64,000 nucleotides of DNA from Gemmatimonas sp. (GTDB taxonomy: Bacteria; Gemmatimonadota; Gemmatimonadetes; Gemmatimonadales; Gemmatimonadaceae): the NCBI GenBank assembly GCA_965279375.1, contig OZ257156.1, forward strand, positions 2,016,001 to 2,080,000, given 5' to 3'. A program made the position numbers and the translations under genes. Under the pieces are notes generated by a model, which saw only the letters and a program-made list of their open reading frames with translations, was not told where the DNA came from and ran no database searches. Shown here one piece after another: positions 48,581 through 59,451 of this stretch (within the stretch, counting starts at the first letter, position 1; the number at the start of each line of letters is the position of its first letter).

Positions 48581-49960
48581 ATGCGCCTGATACCTCGCCT
48601 CGCCATGCCCCTCGTCCTGACTGCGGCGTCGCTCTCCGTAGCCAACGCACAATCCGCTCCGTCCGACTCTGCGATTCGCGCGATCCTCAAGGAGCGCGTC
48701 GATGCGGGGCGCTTTGCCGGCATCGCCGTCGGTGTGGTCACGCGCGACAATCAGCGGCGCGTGATCGCCTATGGTCCGCAGGCCGGCGTGACCCCATTCA
48801 ATGGGAAAACGGTCTTCGAGATCGGATCGATCAGCAAGACGTTCACCGCCGCGATGCTCGCCGACATGGTCGCGCGCAAGCAGGTGGCGTTGAATGATCA
48901 AGTGGCCTCACTGCTTCCCAAGGGCACCGTCATTCCGGCGCGCAGCGGCAAGCAGATCACGCTGCTCGATCTGGCGACACAAAGCTCCGGTTTGCCGCGC
49001 ATGCCCGACAACATGAAGCCCAAGGACGAGAACAACCCGTACGCGGACTACACCGTCGCACAGATGTACGCGTTTCTGGCCGGTCATTCGCTCGCCAACG
49101 ATCCCGGCGCGAAGTACGACTATTCCAATCTGGGCTTCGGCCTGCTCGGTCACGCACTCGCGCTGCGCGCAGGAAAGAGCTACGAAGCGCTGATGGTTGA
49201 GCGCATCGCGACGCCACTTGGCATGACGGACACGCGCATCGCGCTCTCGCCGAGCATGCAGGCGCGTCTCGCTCCGGGCCACACGGATACGGGCAAGCCC
49301 ATCGGCAATTGGGATCTGCCGACATTCGCCGGAGCCGGCGCGATTCGCAGCACGGTGGACGACATGCTCAGCTACATCCGCGCCAACGCGGACTCCGCCG
49401 CCACGCCGCTCTCGAAGACGCTCGCGCTCACACACACGGAGCGACACGCTGGCCCGTCGGCCACCACGACGATCGGTCTCGCCTGGCATCGCACGCGCTC
49501 GCGCTCGGGCAAGACGATCGTGTGGCACAACGGTGGTACTGGCGGTTACCGCTCATTCACTGGCTATGACGAAGCGACCGGCGAGGGCGTTGTGGTGCTG
49601 ACCAACACCTCGAACAGCGTGGACGAGATCGGGATGTATCTGCTCGATCAGACGATCCCGCTTCCCAAGCCGCCCAAGGCTCGTGTCGAGGTGACGCTGC
49701 CGCAGGCGACGCTCGATGCGTACGTCGGAGTCTATGAGTTGGCGCCCACCTTCTCGATCACCATTCTGCGCGAAGGCGCACATCTCTTCGCACAGGCGAC
49801 GGCGCAACCGAAGTTCGAGATCTTCGCCGAGCGGGAGGACGAGTTTTTCGTGAAGGTGCTCGATGCGCAGATTTCGTTTACGCGCAACGCCGATCGCACG
49901 ATTGCCGGTCTCGTGCTGCATCAGAACGGCCAGAACATTCCCGGCCCGCGAAAGCCGTAG
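48581..49960 (+). CDS. Serine hydrolase (beta-lactamase class C fold) with DUF3471-like tail
   Basis: FEIGSISK, YSN, WHNGGTGG, LDAYVGVYE. Confidence 0.9.
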   Translation: MRLIPRLAMPLVLTAASLSVANAQSAPSDSAIRAILKERVDAGRFAGIAVGVVTRDNQRRVIAYGPQAGVTPFNGKTVFEIGSISKTFTAAMLADMVARKQVALNDQVASLLPKGTVIPARSGKQITLLDLATQSSGLPRMPDNMKPKDENNPYADYTVAQMYAFLAGHSLANDPGAKYDYSNLGFGLLGHALALRAGKSYEALMVERIATPLGMTDTRIALSPSMQARLAPGHTDTGKPIGNWDLPTFAGAGAIRSTVDDMLSYIRANADSAATPLSKTLALTHTERHAGPSATTTIGLAWHRTRSRSGKTIVWHNGGTGGYRSFTGYDEATGEGVVVLTNTSNSVDEIGMYLLDQTIPLPKPPKARVEVTLPQATLDAYVGVYELAPTFSITILREGAHLFAQATAQPKFEIFAEREDEFFVKVLDAQISFTRNADRTIAGLVLHQNGQNIPGPRKP

Positions 49961-49986
49961 CCGTCACGGCGTTACGGCTCGATCGC

Positions 49987-51294
49987 TCAGCGCTTCTTCA
50001 GCAGCAGCAGCACGTTGCCGACCTCACGCTCGCCGGTGGGGTCGGTCGGGGAATTGACCACCGCTCCATCGATCACCATGGTGGTTGAGCCTCCGCCATC
50101 GAAGTTCATCGCATCCCACGCTCCCAATCGCTTGAGGGCGTCCGCGAGCTCCGCGACGGTCATCCCCACGCTGCTCGTGGAGCGGCCATCCACGACCACG
50201 AGCCAGAGCGTCTTGCGGTCGCGCGAGTAGCCGATCGCGGTGCGGGGGTGCCGCGCTTCCGCATTGCGTGAGATCGTCCCTTCGATCGTCGCCGAGCTCG
50301 CGGCAACGTTCTGTCCATGGTGCAGCAGCTGCGGCCACCCGCCGATCAGCAGTTGCGGCGCGCCGTGCGCGAGTCGCGGCACGGTGGTGAGCAGCACGCG
50401 CACCGTGTCACCGTCGGCGAGTTGACGAAGCGTGGTGATGCGAGGTCCAAAGGCGGTGAGCACCGCACCATCCGTGGGAATCGCGGTTCCTGCAGACGTC
50501 GAGATGGGACCGCGACGCACGAACAGCAGCGTGTCGCCGCGATGACCGGCCGTCACGAGTGGCAATTCGACCGTGGTGACCGAGGTATCGCGCGCCGCGT
50601 CCGGGTCGATGCTGCGCGGCGTGCCCAACGGCGATCCTGCGCCGGGCGTCTGCGCACCAAAGCGTGACGTGAAGAGCGCGGTGCCTTCGTACGTGCCCGT
50701 CGTCTTTGCATTCACGCTCAGGATGGGCAGCGCGGCCCCGCGCACCAGCGCCATGCCATCGAGAATGAAACGATCGATCTGCGGGTGTCCGTCCGCATCG
50801 ATCGCAAACTGCACATGCACATTGTCGTATGTGTCGAATGGCGAGTCGGTGACCTTGAGCCCCTTCCACCACTCGCCACCGATCACCTGGTTGTTCTCGT
50901 TCTCTCCAGATTTCAGATCGAAGAAGTCGGCATTGATGGCCGCGAGCACCGCTGTGCCGGCCTCGGTGTGTCGTCGAGCGATCGTTGACGTTCGCTCACG
51001 TCCGCGCAGCGCATCCTTGCCGTGCACCTGCTGCAACGCGAGGTCGCGATGTCGCAGATCGACACGCACGATGTGCAGACGCCACGGCCCGACGGGATCG
51101 CTGACTCGGCGATAGCTCACGCCGGGCGCCAGCGTGCGCGTGGTGTCGCCTCGTGCACGGCCATCGGATGCGCTCTGTGCCGCAAGCGCGACGGGGACCA
51201 AGCACGCCAGGAGCGCGACCACGCCACCAACTGCGCGGAAAAAGGTCGATTGTAACGGTAGACTGTTCAACTGATGGCCGGTATACTCTCGCAC
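49987..51294 (-). CDS. Phosphodiester glycosidase (NAGPA/DUF2233) family protein
   Basis: AAINADFF, RHPRTAIG, VVDGR, NFDGGGST; start uncertain. Confidence 0.88.
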   Translation of the reverse strand: MREYTGHQLNSLPLQSTFFRAVGGVVALLACLVPVALAAQSASDGRARGDTTRTLAPGVSYRRVSDPVGPWRLHIVRVDLRHRDLALQQVHGKDALRGRERTSTIARRHTEAGTAVLAAINADFFDLKSGENENNQVIGGEWWKGLKVTDSPFDTYDNVHVQFAIDADGHPQIDRFILDGMALVRGAALPILSVNAKTTGTYEGTALFTSRFGAQTPGAGSPLGTPRSIDPDAARDTSVTTVELPLVTAGHRGDTLLFVRRGPISTSAGTAIPTDGAVLTAFGPRITTLRQLADGDTVRVLLTTVPRLAHGAPQLLIGGWPQLLHHGQNVAASSATIEGTISRNAEARHPRTAIGYSRDRKTLWLVVVDGRSTSSVGMTVAELADALKRLGAWDAMNFDGGGSTTMVIDGAVVNSPTDPTGEREVGNVLLLLKKR

Positions 51295-51335
51295 AACACT
51301 CCCTCCCCAATCCCCTCAGAAGAGAGGCGGTCTAC

Positions 51336-54164
51336 ATGCACCATCCCGTGAGGCGGCTGTTCGCTGCCGCGTCGCTCGCTGCGATGCTCAGTGTACCAGC
51401 GTTCGCCCAGAACACCATAACTCTCGAAGGGGCCGTCAAGGGCGACGGCGCGCCAATCGCTGGCGCTCAGATCACCGTGGTCAACGTGGCTACGCGTGAG
51501 TCGGCGCGCGCGCTGACGCGCACCAACGGTGAGTTCCGCGTCCTTGGTCTGTTCAGCGGCCAGTACACCGTGAACGTGAAGGCCATCGGCTTCCGTCAGC
51601 GCACCGACACCGTCAATCTCGCGATCGGCCAGCGTGCGCGTCTCGAGTTCTCGCTGGAGAAGGGCGCCGCCGAACTTGAAGCGCAGACGGTCACCGCCGA
51701 ACGCGTCAAGCAGGTGGAAGTGCAGCGCATGTCAGTGTCGGCGCCGGTCATGAAGGAAGAAATCGAGAATCTTCCGCTCAGCTCGCGCGGCATCATGAAC
51801 CTCGCGGGCATCGCCCCGGGCATCAAGACGTATTCGCCGCAGTCTGGGCGTACGTTGCCCTCGGGCGGCGCGGCGCCGGACCTTCGCTTCTTCAACGTCT
51901 ACATGGACGGCGTCGAAATGAAGAGTCTCTTCAACGGCAACATCGTCGGCCTCGGGCAGACGGGTTCGCCGCTGCCGCAGGAAGGGCTCGAAACGTTCCG
52001 GGTGTACGTGAACCCGTACGACGCGGAGTACACGCGCGCGGGCTCGTACGTCATCAGCGCGGAAAGCCGTCGCGGTACCAACAAGTGGCAGGGCTCCGCG
52101 TTCGGCTTCCTGCAGAACAAGAGCATGACCGCGCGCAACGCGTTTCTCCCGACGGCTTCTCCGACGCCCAACTTCGGCAAGACGCAGGCAGGCTTCAACC
52201 TTCGCGGTCCGCTGGTGAAGGACAAGCTGTTCCTCGCCACCAGCTATGAGCTGACGTCCACGGATTTCTATCTCGACGTGAATCCCGTCAGCGGCGGCGC
52301 GCAGTGGGCGAAGTACAAGGGCTCGTTCCTCGCGCCCAACAAGAACCATTCGTCGTATGCGCGCCTGACGTACGTGCAGAGCCCGCGTCTGACGTACGAC
52401 TTCATGGGCTCCGCGCGCTTCCTGCGCGGCGAAGGCAACTTCGGTGGTCGCGTGTCGCCGGACGGCGGCATTTCACAGAAGTACGAGATCTACACCGGAC
52501 AGCTCCGTCAGCGGTACATCTCGGGCGGCGGCAACTTCGTCAACGAAGCGAGCCTGCAGGCGGTGAACTGGAATCACAACGAAGCGCCGCTGGTGCCGGG
52601 CCCGCAGTTCACGTACCCGGGCATCATCACGGGCACGGCGGGCTTCCCGCTCATTCTCAAGGAAACGCATCTTCGCCTTGTCGATCGCGCCACGCTCAAC
52701 ATCGACAACGGCTCGGGCTCGCACGTGATCAAGTTCGGCGTGGAGCTGAGCCGCATCGCGGCCACGCAGGACCAGCCGAACAACACCAACGGCTCGTTCA
52801 ACTTCCTCACGGACACGTCGTCGCTGCCGAACCTGGCGTCGATCGCGGTCGGCTTCACGGACCCGACGGGCGTGTCGGACGCCGTGGCCAGCGCCACGGG
52901 TTACACGACCGGCATCTACATCAACGACGAATGGCGCATCAAGCCCAACTTCACGTTGTCGCTCGGCCTGCGTCATGACGCCGAGTTGAACACGATGAAC
53001 AACGACTACGTCACGCCGTGGTCGAAGGATCCTGTGCTGACGGCGATTCCGGAGCTCAAGAACTATCTGAACGCCGGTAACCGCAAAAACCAGCTCGGCA
53101 ACATCTCGCCGCGTGTGTCGTTCTCGTGGGACCCGTTCAAGAACAACAAGACGTTCGTGCGTGGCGGCTTCGGTATCATCTACGACCGCGTCACGAGCTT
53201 CATGGGCTTCCAGGAGCGTCGCAACTCGACGTGGCGTACGTACAACTTCACGTTCAACAACACGAACAACCTGCCGACGAAGGATCCGGCTGTGTTGCGT
53301 CAGCGTGTGATCAGCGGCCAGTCCGGCTCGCCGGCACCGATTCTCATGAACCTCGAGATGAAGACGCCGCACAGCCGTCAGATGTCGGTGGGTGTGGGCC
53401 ATCAGTTGACGCCGGAGTTCGGCGTCAACGTCGACTACGTCATGCAGCACATGGACAACCTCTATGTGCAGCGCAACCCGAACTACCTCGATCGCACGGT
53501 GACACCGGCGCGTCGCAAGCTGACGGCGTCGTTTGGCGATATCCTGTTGTGGGATGACATCGGTCAGTCCGACTACTCGTCGGTGATGGTGCAGGCCACG
53601 TGGCAGCGCAAGAAGCAGCGCGTGAACATCGCGTACACGCTTGGCTACTATCAGGGTGACTTTGACACCGCCGGCCTGCCGAACTTCGCCTATCCGTTCC
53701 TCTTCAACCGCCAGCGTACCACGGGTGACGAGCGTCATCGTCTCGTGGTGTCCAACATCACGCCGCTGCCGTTCAAGTTCCTGCTGTCGGCGGTATCGAC
53801 GTTTGCGAGCCCGCGTCCGTTTGGTCAGATCGACGGTCGCGACATCAACCTCGACAACATCGTGGGTGACGACTACCCGGGCGGCACGGTCTCCACGAGC
53901 GGCATCCGCACGGCGATGCCGGCGAATGCGTGGGTGAACTGGTATCGCACCGTCGACGTGCGTCTCGCGCGTCCGTTGTTCGACTTCAACGGCAAGAAGC
54001 TCAGCTTCACCGCGGAAGTGTTCAACGCGTTCAACTTCAAGAACAACCTGTCGTACGGCGGCACGCAGTTCACGACGACCGGCGCAACGGTTGCCACCTT
54101 CGGCGTTCCGCTCAGCTCGTACGGCGCGCGTCAGGGTCAGGTTGGCATGAAGGTCGAGTTCTAA
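51336..54164 (+). CDS. TonB-dependent receptor (Oar-like)
   Basis: Signal peptide ending AFA; IENLPL..R, YDAEY, SPRVSFSWD, terminal F. Confidence 0.88.
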   Translation: MHHPVRRLFAAASLAAMLSVPAFAQNTITLEGAVKGDGAPIAGAQITVVNVATRESARALTRTNGEFRVLGLFSGQYTVNVKAIGFRQRTDTVNLAIGQRARLEFSLEKGAAELEAQTVTAERVKQVEVQRMSVSAPVMKEEIENLPLSSRGIMNLAGIAPGIKTYSPQSGRTLPSGGAAPDLRFFNVYMDGVEMKSLFNGNIVGLGQTGSPLPQEGLETFRVYVNPYDAEYTRAGSYVISAESRRGTNKWQGSAFGFLQNKSMTARNAFLPTASPTPNFGKTQAGFNLRGPLVKDKLFLATSYELTSTDFYLDVNPVSGGAQWAKYKGSFLAPNKNHSSYARLTYVQSPRLTYDFMGSARFLRGEGNFGGRVSPDGGISQKYEIYTGQLRQRYISGGGNFVNEASLQAVNWNHNEAPLVPGPQFTYPGIITGTAGFPLILKETHLRLVDRATLNIDNGSGSHVIKFGVELSRIAATQDQPNNTNGSFNFLTDTSSLPNLASIAVGFTDPTGVSDAVASATGYTTGIYINDEWRIKPNFTLSLGLRHDAELNTMNNDYVTPWSKDPVLTAIPELKNYLNAGNRKNQLGNISPRVSFSWDPFKNNKTFVRGGFGIIYDRVTSFMGFQERRNSTWRTYNFTFNNTNNLPTKDPAVLRQRVISGQSGSPAPILMNLEMKTPHSRQMSVGVGHQLTPEFGVNVDYVMQHMDNLYVQRNPNYLDRTVTPARRKLTASFGDILLWDDIGQSDYSSVMVQATWQRKKQRVNIAYTLGYYQGDFDTAGLPNFAYPFLFNRQRTTGDERHRLVVSNITPLPFKFLLSAVSTFASPRPFGQIDGRDINLDNIVGDDYPGGTVSTSGIRTAMPANAWVNWYRTVDVRLARPLFDFNGKKLSFTAEVFNAFNFKNNLSYGGTQFTTTGATVATFGVPLSSYGARQGQVGMKVEF

Positions 54165-54171
54165 GCGACCG

Positions 54172-55788
54172 ATGATGACGACTTCGTCGCGCGTCAGTGG
54201 CGCAGGATACCGGTGCTCGCCGCTCAGCATTGCGCTGAGTGCGTCGTTGGTGTCCGCGTCGCTGGCCGCGGCGCAGTCGAGTATTGCACCACCTGCGCGT
54301 TTCACTGATCCGGACCGCGTCGCCAAGCTGCGCGCCGCGCTCCCGCAGGTGGACAGCGCCATGCGCGCGTTCGCCATGCAGAATCGTGTGCCCGGCATCG
54401 CGTATGGTGTGATCGTTGACGGCAAACTGTTGCATGTAGCCGCGCTGGGGCTGCGCGAGGTGCCGAGTAAGGCGATCGTTGATACGAGCTCGGTGTTTCG
54501 CATTGCCTCGATGACCAAGAGCTTCACCGCGCTTTCGATCCTGCAATTGCGCGATGCGGGGCTGGTGTCGCTCGACGCGCCGGCGGAGCGCTATGTGCCG
54601 GAGCTCAAGGCGTTGCGCTATCCCACCAGTGATGCGCCGCGCATCACGGTGCGGCACTTGCTTTCGCACTCGGCGGGTTTCCCCGAAGACAATCCGTGGG
54701 GCGATCAGCAGCTCGCCGCCACCGACGCGCAGTTGGCGGCGATGATCAAATCGGGCATTCCATTCTCGACGGCGCCCGGCACGGCGTACGAGTACTCCAA
54801 CTTCGGCTTTGCGATTCTCGGCCGTATCGTGCAGAACGTCAGCGGCATGCCGTATGCGCGATACATCCAGCAGCGCGTACTGAAGCCGCTCGGCATGACC
54901 TCCACCACCATGCAGGCACGCGACGTGCCTGCCAGTCGGTTGGCGCACGGCTATCGCTTGCAGGATGATGCGTGGCTGGAAGAGCCGGCGCTTCCGGATG
55001 GCGCTTTCGGTGCGATGGGCGGCATGCTGACCTCGTCCGCCGATCTGAGTCGCTGGGTGGCGTTGATGCTGGATGCGTGGCCGCCGCGCGATGGTGCGGA
55101 ATCGCCGGTGCTCAAGCGATCTTCGTTGCGCGAGATGCAGCAGATCGCGCGCTTCGCCGGTGCGACGTCCGCACGCAACGCAGCGGGCGTGTTGACGATG
55201 AACGCCGGTGGTTACGCCTACGGCCTGCGGGTCTCGCAGAACTGTCTCTTCGGACATGTGGTCGCGCATTCGGGCGGCCTGCCGGGCTTCGGCTCGCAGA
55301 TGCGCTGGCTGCCGGAGTACGGCGTGGGCATCGTGGCGCTGGGCAATCTCACGTACACCGGATGGACGGGAGTCCTCGATCAGGCGTTCGAGGTACTCGC
55401 GAAGTCGGGCGGACTGAAGCCGCGTGTTCCGCAGCCTGCGCCCGTGCTGCTCGCCATGCAGGAGAAGGTCACTCGGCTCGTGCAGGAGTGGAAGCAGCCG
55501 CTCGCCGACAGTGTGGCGGCGATGAATCTCTTCCTCGATGAATCCGGGCCGCGACGTGCGGCGGCGATCGGAAAACTGACTGCCGCCGCCGGTGGTAACT
55601 GCAAGGCCGTTGGGTCGATCGTCGCAGAGAATGCGTTACGTGGGCTGTGGAAGATGCAATGCGATACGGGCGCGCTGAGTGTGGGCATTACACTCGCACC
55701 CACCGAGCCGGCGCGCGTGCAGCAGTTCACCGTGGTGCCTTTGCGAGCGGATGCCGTCGTAGGGGCCGCGCCGGCCTGTCGTCAGTAG
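54172..55788 (+). CDS. Exported serine hydrolase (beta-lactamase fold)
   Basis: FRIASMTK, LLSHSAG, YEYSN, HSGGLPGF. Confidence 0.9.
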   Translation: MMTTSSRVSGAGYRCSPLSIALSASLVSASLAAAQSSIAPPARFTDPDRVAKLRAALPQVDSAMRAFAMQNRVPGIAYGVIVDGKLLHVAALGLREVPSKAIVDTSSVFRIASMTKSFTALSILQLRDAGLVSLDAPAERYVPELKALRYPTSDAPRITVRHLLSHSAGFPEDNPWGDQQLAATDAQLAAMIKSGIPFSTAPGTAYEYSNFGFAILGRIVQNVSGMPYARYIQQRVLKPLGMTSTTMQARDVPASRLAHGYRLQDDAWLEEPALPDGAFGAMGGMLTSSADLSRWVALMLDAWPPRDGAESPVLKRSSLREMQQIARFAGATSARNAAGVLTMNAGGYAYGLRVSQNCLFGHVVAHSGGLPGFGSQMRWLPEYGVGIVALGNLTYTGWTGVLDQAFEVLAKSGGLKPRVPQPAPVLLAMQEKVTRLVQEWKQPLADSVAAMNLFLDESGPRRAAAIGKLTAAAGGNCKAVGSIVAENALRGLWKMQCDTGALSVGITLAPTEPARVQQFTVVPLRADAVVGAAPACRQ

Positions 55789-55821
55789 CGAGCGTTTCGG
55801 CGACCGCACACATCTCGACAG

Positions 55822-58155
55822 TTAGCGTTTCGGCGGCACCAGTTCGAGTACGACGCCCTGCAAGGCGTCCATCGCAATGGGCAGCGCGCCCGCGAGCGTG
55901 CGCAGTGTGCCGAGTGTGCGTGAACCTGTCTGGTCGTGCCGAACGACTCGCGTCGCGGACGGAAGGCCGTAGGCATTCGCGTCCAGCTGCACCGTGGCGG
56001 TGATCGGCTGCTGATTGATGCCGGCCAGTGCGATCGCGACGCGCCCGTCAGCGGCGCGCCAAGCGCCCGTGAGCACTTCGGGTGACTGCAGGTGCGCCTC
56101 GGTGGGTCCGCCCAGTCGTGCGGCGTAGATGGAGATGCGCGAAAGCAGCAGGTCCGCTGACGGGGAGCTGACGGCGGGCGCACGCAGGAACGTGCCGTAC
56201 TGGAAGAACTCGCGCAGCCCATAGCGCAGCGTTGCAAGCCGCTCGAGATAGTCGATTTCGCGTCGCCGTGCGGTGAGCTGGTCGGGGAGGAAATTGGCGA
56301 TGGTGGGCTGCATCCCCCAGACGAACATGCGCGCTTGCTCGAGATGGAATTGGCGCACGTACTTCTCATCGAGCAGCGTCATCGCCGTTGCCGGCCGCTT
56401 GGACGCGGGCCACAGCTCGTCATACGGCGGGAGTGTGAGCGACCCGTACGTGCCGTAGGTCAGTGCGTAGGCATGATAGGCTGCCTGAAACATCGGAATC
56501 ACTTCCCACCCGGACGCGGGATCGGCGTAGCGTTCCTGGCTCACCTGTAGCGTGAGGAATGCGTCGAGGTCGGGCATCCAGCTCTCACCGCCCCCTTCGC
56601 CGGCGAATCCTGCGGGGCGCCGTACATTGCGTGCGCGCAAATCGCGCGCGAGAGAGCGAAAGCCCTGCATCCAGTAGTTGCCACCGCCGACGGGATGGCC
56701 GTGGTCTGCGCTCCAGTCGATCAGGCTCAGCACCGCCTGATCCATGTAGATGCCATCGATGCCGTACTGCTTGAGCACCGTGTCGGCGATTCCTGCGTAC
56801 TTGTTGCGCCAGAACGGCGTGGCGATGTCCATCGTCGCGCACGGCAGCGGATCGAAGACGTTGTACACCTCCTCCCGAATGCTTCCGTCGCGTTCGCGCA
56901 CCGCAAAACGCTCGGCGCGTTCGCGCGTCCAGCTGGGTGTGTTGGTGCACCACAGCCGCTGGTTCATGTACACGATGGCGTGGAGTCCGGCGGCGTGCGC
57001 CTTGGCAACCGCGGTTGTGAACGGCGCCGCACCTTCGCGCGGGGGCAGGTAGTCGGGGAAGCTGGTGTCGTAGGGCCCGTTGTGCCACCAATGCCAGAAC
57101 ACGTTCACCGGCAGCTTGGCATCGGCCTGGAGCGCGGCCGCCGGCTCGAGCACCATCTCCGACTTGCCGCGATTCCACACCCAGAGCCCCGTGTTGCGCA
57201 TCCACGCCGGCGTGGTGTTGGTGCGCAGCCGGCTGTCGCGCGCCCAGTACTGCCGTGTGCCCCAGCGGCGATAACGCTCGATTGCACTCAGCCAGTCTCC
57301 CGCGACGACGCCGACCCTCGCGGCATACGTTGGTGCGTAGCTGTCGCTGCGCCCGGGATCGGAGAGCACGTGCACGACGTCATAGCCCGCGGTTCCGTCG
57401 CGCGTTCCCCACAGTGCAAAGCTCTTGCGATACGCGAGCGAATCGTCGGCGGCGAAGTACAGCCCGCCATCCGCTGCATTCGCCAACGAGAGCATTTGCA
57501 TCGAGGTTGCGCCGGGATAGGCGAACTCCAATCGGCGTCCCTTGCCCTCGGGGCCGGCGAGCATTGCTCGCGGATTGCGCGCCTTCTGCCCCATCCACGA
57601 CGGAACCGCCAGTTCGTCGTTCGCGCCAATCGCGATTCCCGTCACGCGAGGAAAGTGCACACGTTCCACGCGCGCATCGGCTGCTGCGGTCGCGCGTATT
57701 CCCTCAACGCGAAGGCGCCACGACGCGGTGGAGTCCGCATCGACGCGCACGGTGGCGACCACGCGAAGTCTGGGCGGTGCGGTGGCGGCGAAGCGATCCC
57801 AGGTCAGCACCAGCGCATTGCCGCGGCGCGCGGACACAAAGCGTCCAGCCTGCGCCGCGTTGATCGCGGAGGCGGTGCCTCCGGAAGCGGTGCCGCCCGA
57901 TGCGGTACCGTTTGGGAGCAGGTCAATGGACCAGAGGCCGATCGAGTCGGACTCGGTGCCGGCACGTTGCCGGCCGCGTCCATCGTGCAATGCGACGAGA
58001 TGGCCGTCGGTCGCGGAGAATGTCAGGCGAAGCGATGCATCGCCGAGTACGAGCGGTGGCTGCGCCGATTGTGCGCGTGAAACGCCGACGGGTGTACTGA
58101 GCAGCGCTGCGCAGGCAGCGGCGGAGAGAAGTCCGGGCTGCCTGAGCATGCGCAT
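55822..58155 (-). CDS. Exported putative glycoside hydrolase (DUF6259-like)
   Basis: WH..PYD..FPDY.P, YMN.RLW, DGIYMDQ, HGHPVGGG. Confidence 0.65.
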   Translation of the reverse strand: MRMLRQPGLLSAAACAALLSTPVGVSRAQSAQPPLVLGDASLRLTFSATDGHLVALHDGRGRQRAGTESDSIGLWSIDLLPNGTASGGTASGGTASAINAAQAGRFVSARRGNALVLTWDRFAATAPPRLRVVATVRVDADSTASWRLRVEGIRATAAADARVERVHFPRVTGIAIGANDELAVPSWMGQKARNPRAMLAGPEGKGRRLEFAYPGATSMQMLSLANAADGGLYFAADDSLAYRKSFALWGTRDGTAGYDVVHVLSDPGRSDSYAPTYAARVGVVAGDWLSAIERYRRWGTRQYWARDSRLRTNTTPAWMRNTGLWVWNRGKSEMVLEPAAALQADAKLPVNVFWHWWHNGPYDTSFPDYLPPREGAAPFTTAVAKAHAAGLHAIVYMNQRLWCTNTPSWTRERAERFAVRERDGSIREEVYNVFDPLPCATMDIATPFWRNKYAGIADTVLKQYGIDGIYMDQAVLSLIDWSADHGHPVGGGNYWMQGFRSLARDLRARNVRRPAGFAGEGGGESWMPDLDAFLTLQVSQERYADPASGWEVIPMFQAAYHAYALTYGTYGSLTLPPYDELWPASKRPATAMTLLDEKYVRQFHLEQARMFVWGMQPTIANFLPDQLTARRREIDYLERLATLRYGLREFFQYGTFLRAPAVSSPSADLLLSRISIYAARLGGPTEAHLQSPEVLTGAWRAADGRVAIALAGINQQPITATVQLDANAYGLPSATRVVRHDQTGSRTLGTLRTLAGALPIAMDALQGVVLELVPPKR

Positions 58156-58171
58156 GGTCTTATCGGGTCGG

Positions 58172-59422
58172 TTACTTGTACAGCAAGTAGGGCTTCACCT
58201 GCGCGGCGAACTTCGCGGCGTCGGCATCCCACTGCTTGATGAGCGCGTCCACCGTGTTGTTTTCGACGGCCTTCGTGAGTTGATCCGTGCCGGCCAGTCG
58301 GTCGATGGAGCGAGTGCGGCCCGCCGCATTCACCGACGGTTCGCGCCACTTGAACTCGTTCGGATGACGCGCGTAGAAGGTGCGCAACATGCGAATGCCA
58401 AGTTCGACGGGGCGCACGGCGTTGCGATCCGTGACGCGGACCTTGATCATCGGAATGGTCTTGCCCGCGAACTTGTAGCCGGTCTCGATGGTGCGCGTGG
58501 CGGTGTCGAACTTCACGCCGGGCAGCTTGAGTGCATTCAGCTCGGCGGCGACCGCCACGTTGTCCTTGAGGTAGTCCGCGCCGATGAGCGTGAACGGATC
58601 GTCGGTGCCTCGTCCTTCGGTGGCATTGGTGCCTTCGAAGAACACGGTGCCGGGGTAGAGCAGCTCCGCATCGAGGTTGCGCAGGTTGGGCGACGGATTC
58701 ACGCGCGGGATTCCCGTCTCGTCGAACCACATCGAGCGCTTGTAGTTCTTCATCGGGACCACGCTGATGTTCGCATTGATCGCCTTGGTGCCGGCGAGGA
58801 AACGCATCAGCTCACCGGGAGTGAGCCCGTAGCGCAGCGAGACGGCGTGCTGTCCCACCAGCGACGCGAACTTCATCTCGAGGATGTTTCCCTCGAAGCG
58901 GTCCGCGCGAATGGGATCGGGACGATCGAGGACGATGATCGGCTTGTTCGCCTTGGCGGCGAGCAACGCCAGCGTCCATTGGAAGGTGTACACGCGCGCG
59001 CCGACATCCTGAATATCGTACAGCACGACGTCGACATCCTTGAGCATGTCGGCCGTGGGTGACTCGACGTCGCCGTAGAGCGAGTACACCTTCACGCCAG
59101 TTGCGGAGTCCACGCCCGAGCTGACCTTCTCGCCGGCCTTGGCTACTCCACGAATACCGTGCTCCGGACCATACAACGCGGTGAGCTTGACGCCCGGAGC
59201 CTTGAAGAGCAGGTCGATGGAGCTGGTGCCCTTTCGGTCACGCCCGGAGTGGTTGGTGAGCAGGCCCACGCGCTTTCCCTTGATCAGGTGGAGCGAGTCG
59301 GAAATCAGGACTTCGATGCCCGGCACCACGCCCGGTGCGCGTTGCGCAACGATCGAGGAGAGTGGGCTGGCGCTGGCCAACGTGACCAGCAGCGCGAGAG
59401 CGCGACGGCGCGTGAGGTGCAT
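58172..59422 (-). CDS. namZ: Exo-beta-N-acetylmuramidase NamZ (DUF1343)
   Basis: VGLLTNHS, PEHGIRG, YDIQDVGARVYTF, LDRP.P, PSPNL, EGRGT, YLLY. Confidence 0.92.
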   Translation of the reverse strand: MHLTRRRALALLVTLASASPLSSIVAQRAPGVVPGIEVLISDSLHLIKGKRVGLLTNHSGRDRKGTSSIDLLFKAPGVKLTALYGPEHGIRGVAKAGEKVSSGVDSATGVKVYSLYGDVESPTADMLKDVDVVLYDIQDVGARVYTFQWTLALLAAKANKPIIVLDRPDPIRADRFEGNILEMKFASLVGQHAVSLRYGLTPGELMRFLAGTKAINANISVVPMKNYKRSMWFDETGIPRVNPSPNLRNLDAELLYPGTVFFEGTNATEGRGTDDPFTLIGADYLKDNVAVAAELNALKLPGVKFDTATRTIETGYKFAGKTIPMIKVRVTDRNAVRPVELGIRMLRTFYARHPNEFKWREPSVNAAGRTRSIDRLAGTDQLTKAVENNTVDALIKQWDADAAKFAAQVKPYLLYK

Positions 59423-59451
59423 AAGGTGATTCAGCAGATGAGTGGGGTACT

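Noticed and set aside
48581..55788. Beta-lactam resistance genes
   Set aside because: SxxK hydrolases of this fold are mostly peptidases/esterases; no specific evidence for resistance
57866..57912. GTASG x3 micro-repeat in the DUF6259-like gene
   Set aside because: In-frame degenerate 15-bp linker expansion; no sign of phase variation
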